This document shows positions 63,829 through 64,000 of a stretch of 64,000 bases of DNA, one piece after another. Position 1 is the stretch's first letter; each line of letters starts with the position of its first letter. The notes beneath the pieces are model-generated. The model had not been told where the DNA came from. It was given only the letters and a program-made list of their open reading frames with translations, and did no database searches. Origin of the DNA: Paraphysomonas bandaiensis (lineage: Eukaryota; Protista; Chrysophyceae); assembly GCA_965644295.1 (NCBI GenBank), contig CBFFRP010000374.1, positions 43,851 to 107,850 on the forward strand, written 5' to 3'. The translations under genes were made by a program, and so were the position numbers.

Positions 63829-64000
63829 CCTTGTACCTTGTACACCACACAAGCATTTGGCTATGAGTGGGCAAAACAATATCTGTTGACTATATATGCG
63901 GTATGCGGCTCACGTAAGTTTCCTGCACATATATCTCCGGTACTTATATCCCCCAGAATCCGGCTTTGTTGAGGAAATTAAGTGCTATAGTATATGGCAA

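Larger units (their letters stand above)
62385..63974 (-). mobile_element. Copy G1+G3 of the SINE-like repeat (62385-62690 and 63267-63974), split by copy G2 and by a hAT MITE
   Basis: The two halves rejoin at the duplicated CAGAATGTT into a sequence collinear with copy C. Confidence 0.8.

Overview
Gene-dense eukaryotic nuclear DNA with short GT-AG introns and AT-rich intergenic regions. It is most consistent with a unicellular protist, probably a stramenopile (inferred from gene and transposon types, not proven). There are about 17 protein-coding loci: a PKG-like kinase, a tandem two-pore-channel-like protein, a 1275-aa SIR2-domain protein, DDX24/MAK5, an HD hydrolase, mitochondrial PheRS, a CMPK2-like protein, a vWA protein, an EF-hand protein, a sulfotransferase, DUS1, ArfGAP2/3, RPL12, a CUE protein, a coiled-coil/LRR protein and orphans. 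The mobilome is rich: a very young Ty1/copia element with identical LTRs, Tc1/mariner-like, MULE-like and hAT non-autonomous elements, a Crypton-like tyrosine recombinase remnant, and an unclassified ~580-bp dispersed repeat with 8 copies or fragments. Three candidates stand out. (1) An intronless protein joins three SKICH-like Ig repeats, a bacterial-defence-type SIR2 (NADase-type) domain and a helical/TPR C-terminus, making it a possible protist innate-immune sensor-effector. (2) The dispersed repeat behaves like a 5'-truncating SINE-like retroelement, and its 5' end folds into an HDV-like ribozyme topology. (3) One gene encodes two complete two-pore channel modules (four pore loops, none with GYG). 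Splice sites, alignments and folds were read by eye; no searches were run.
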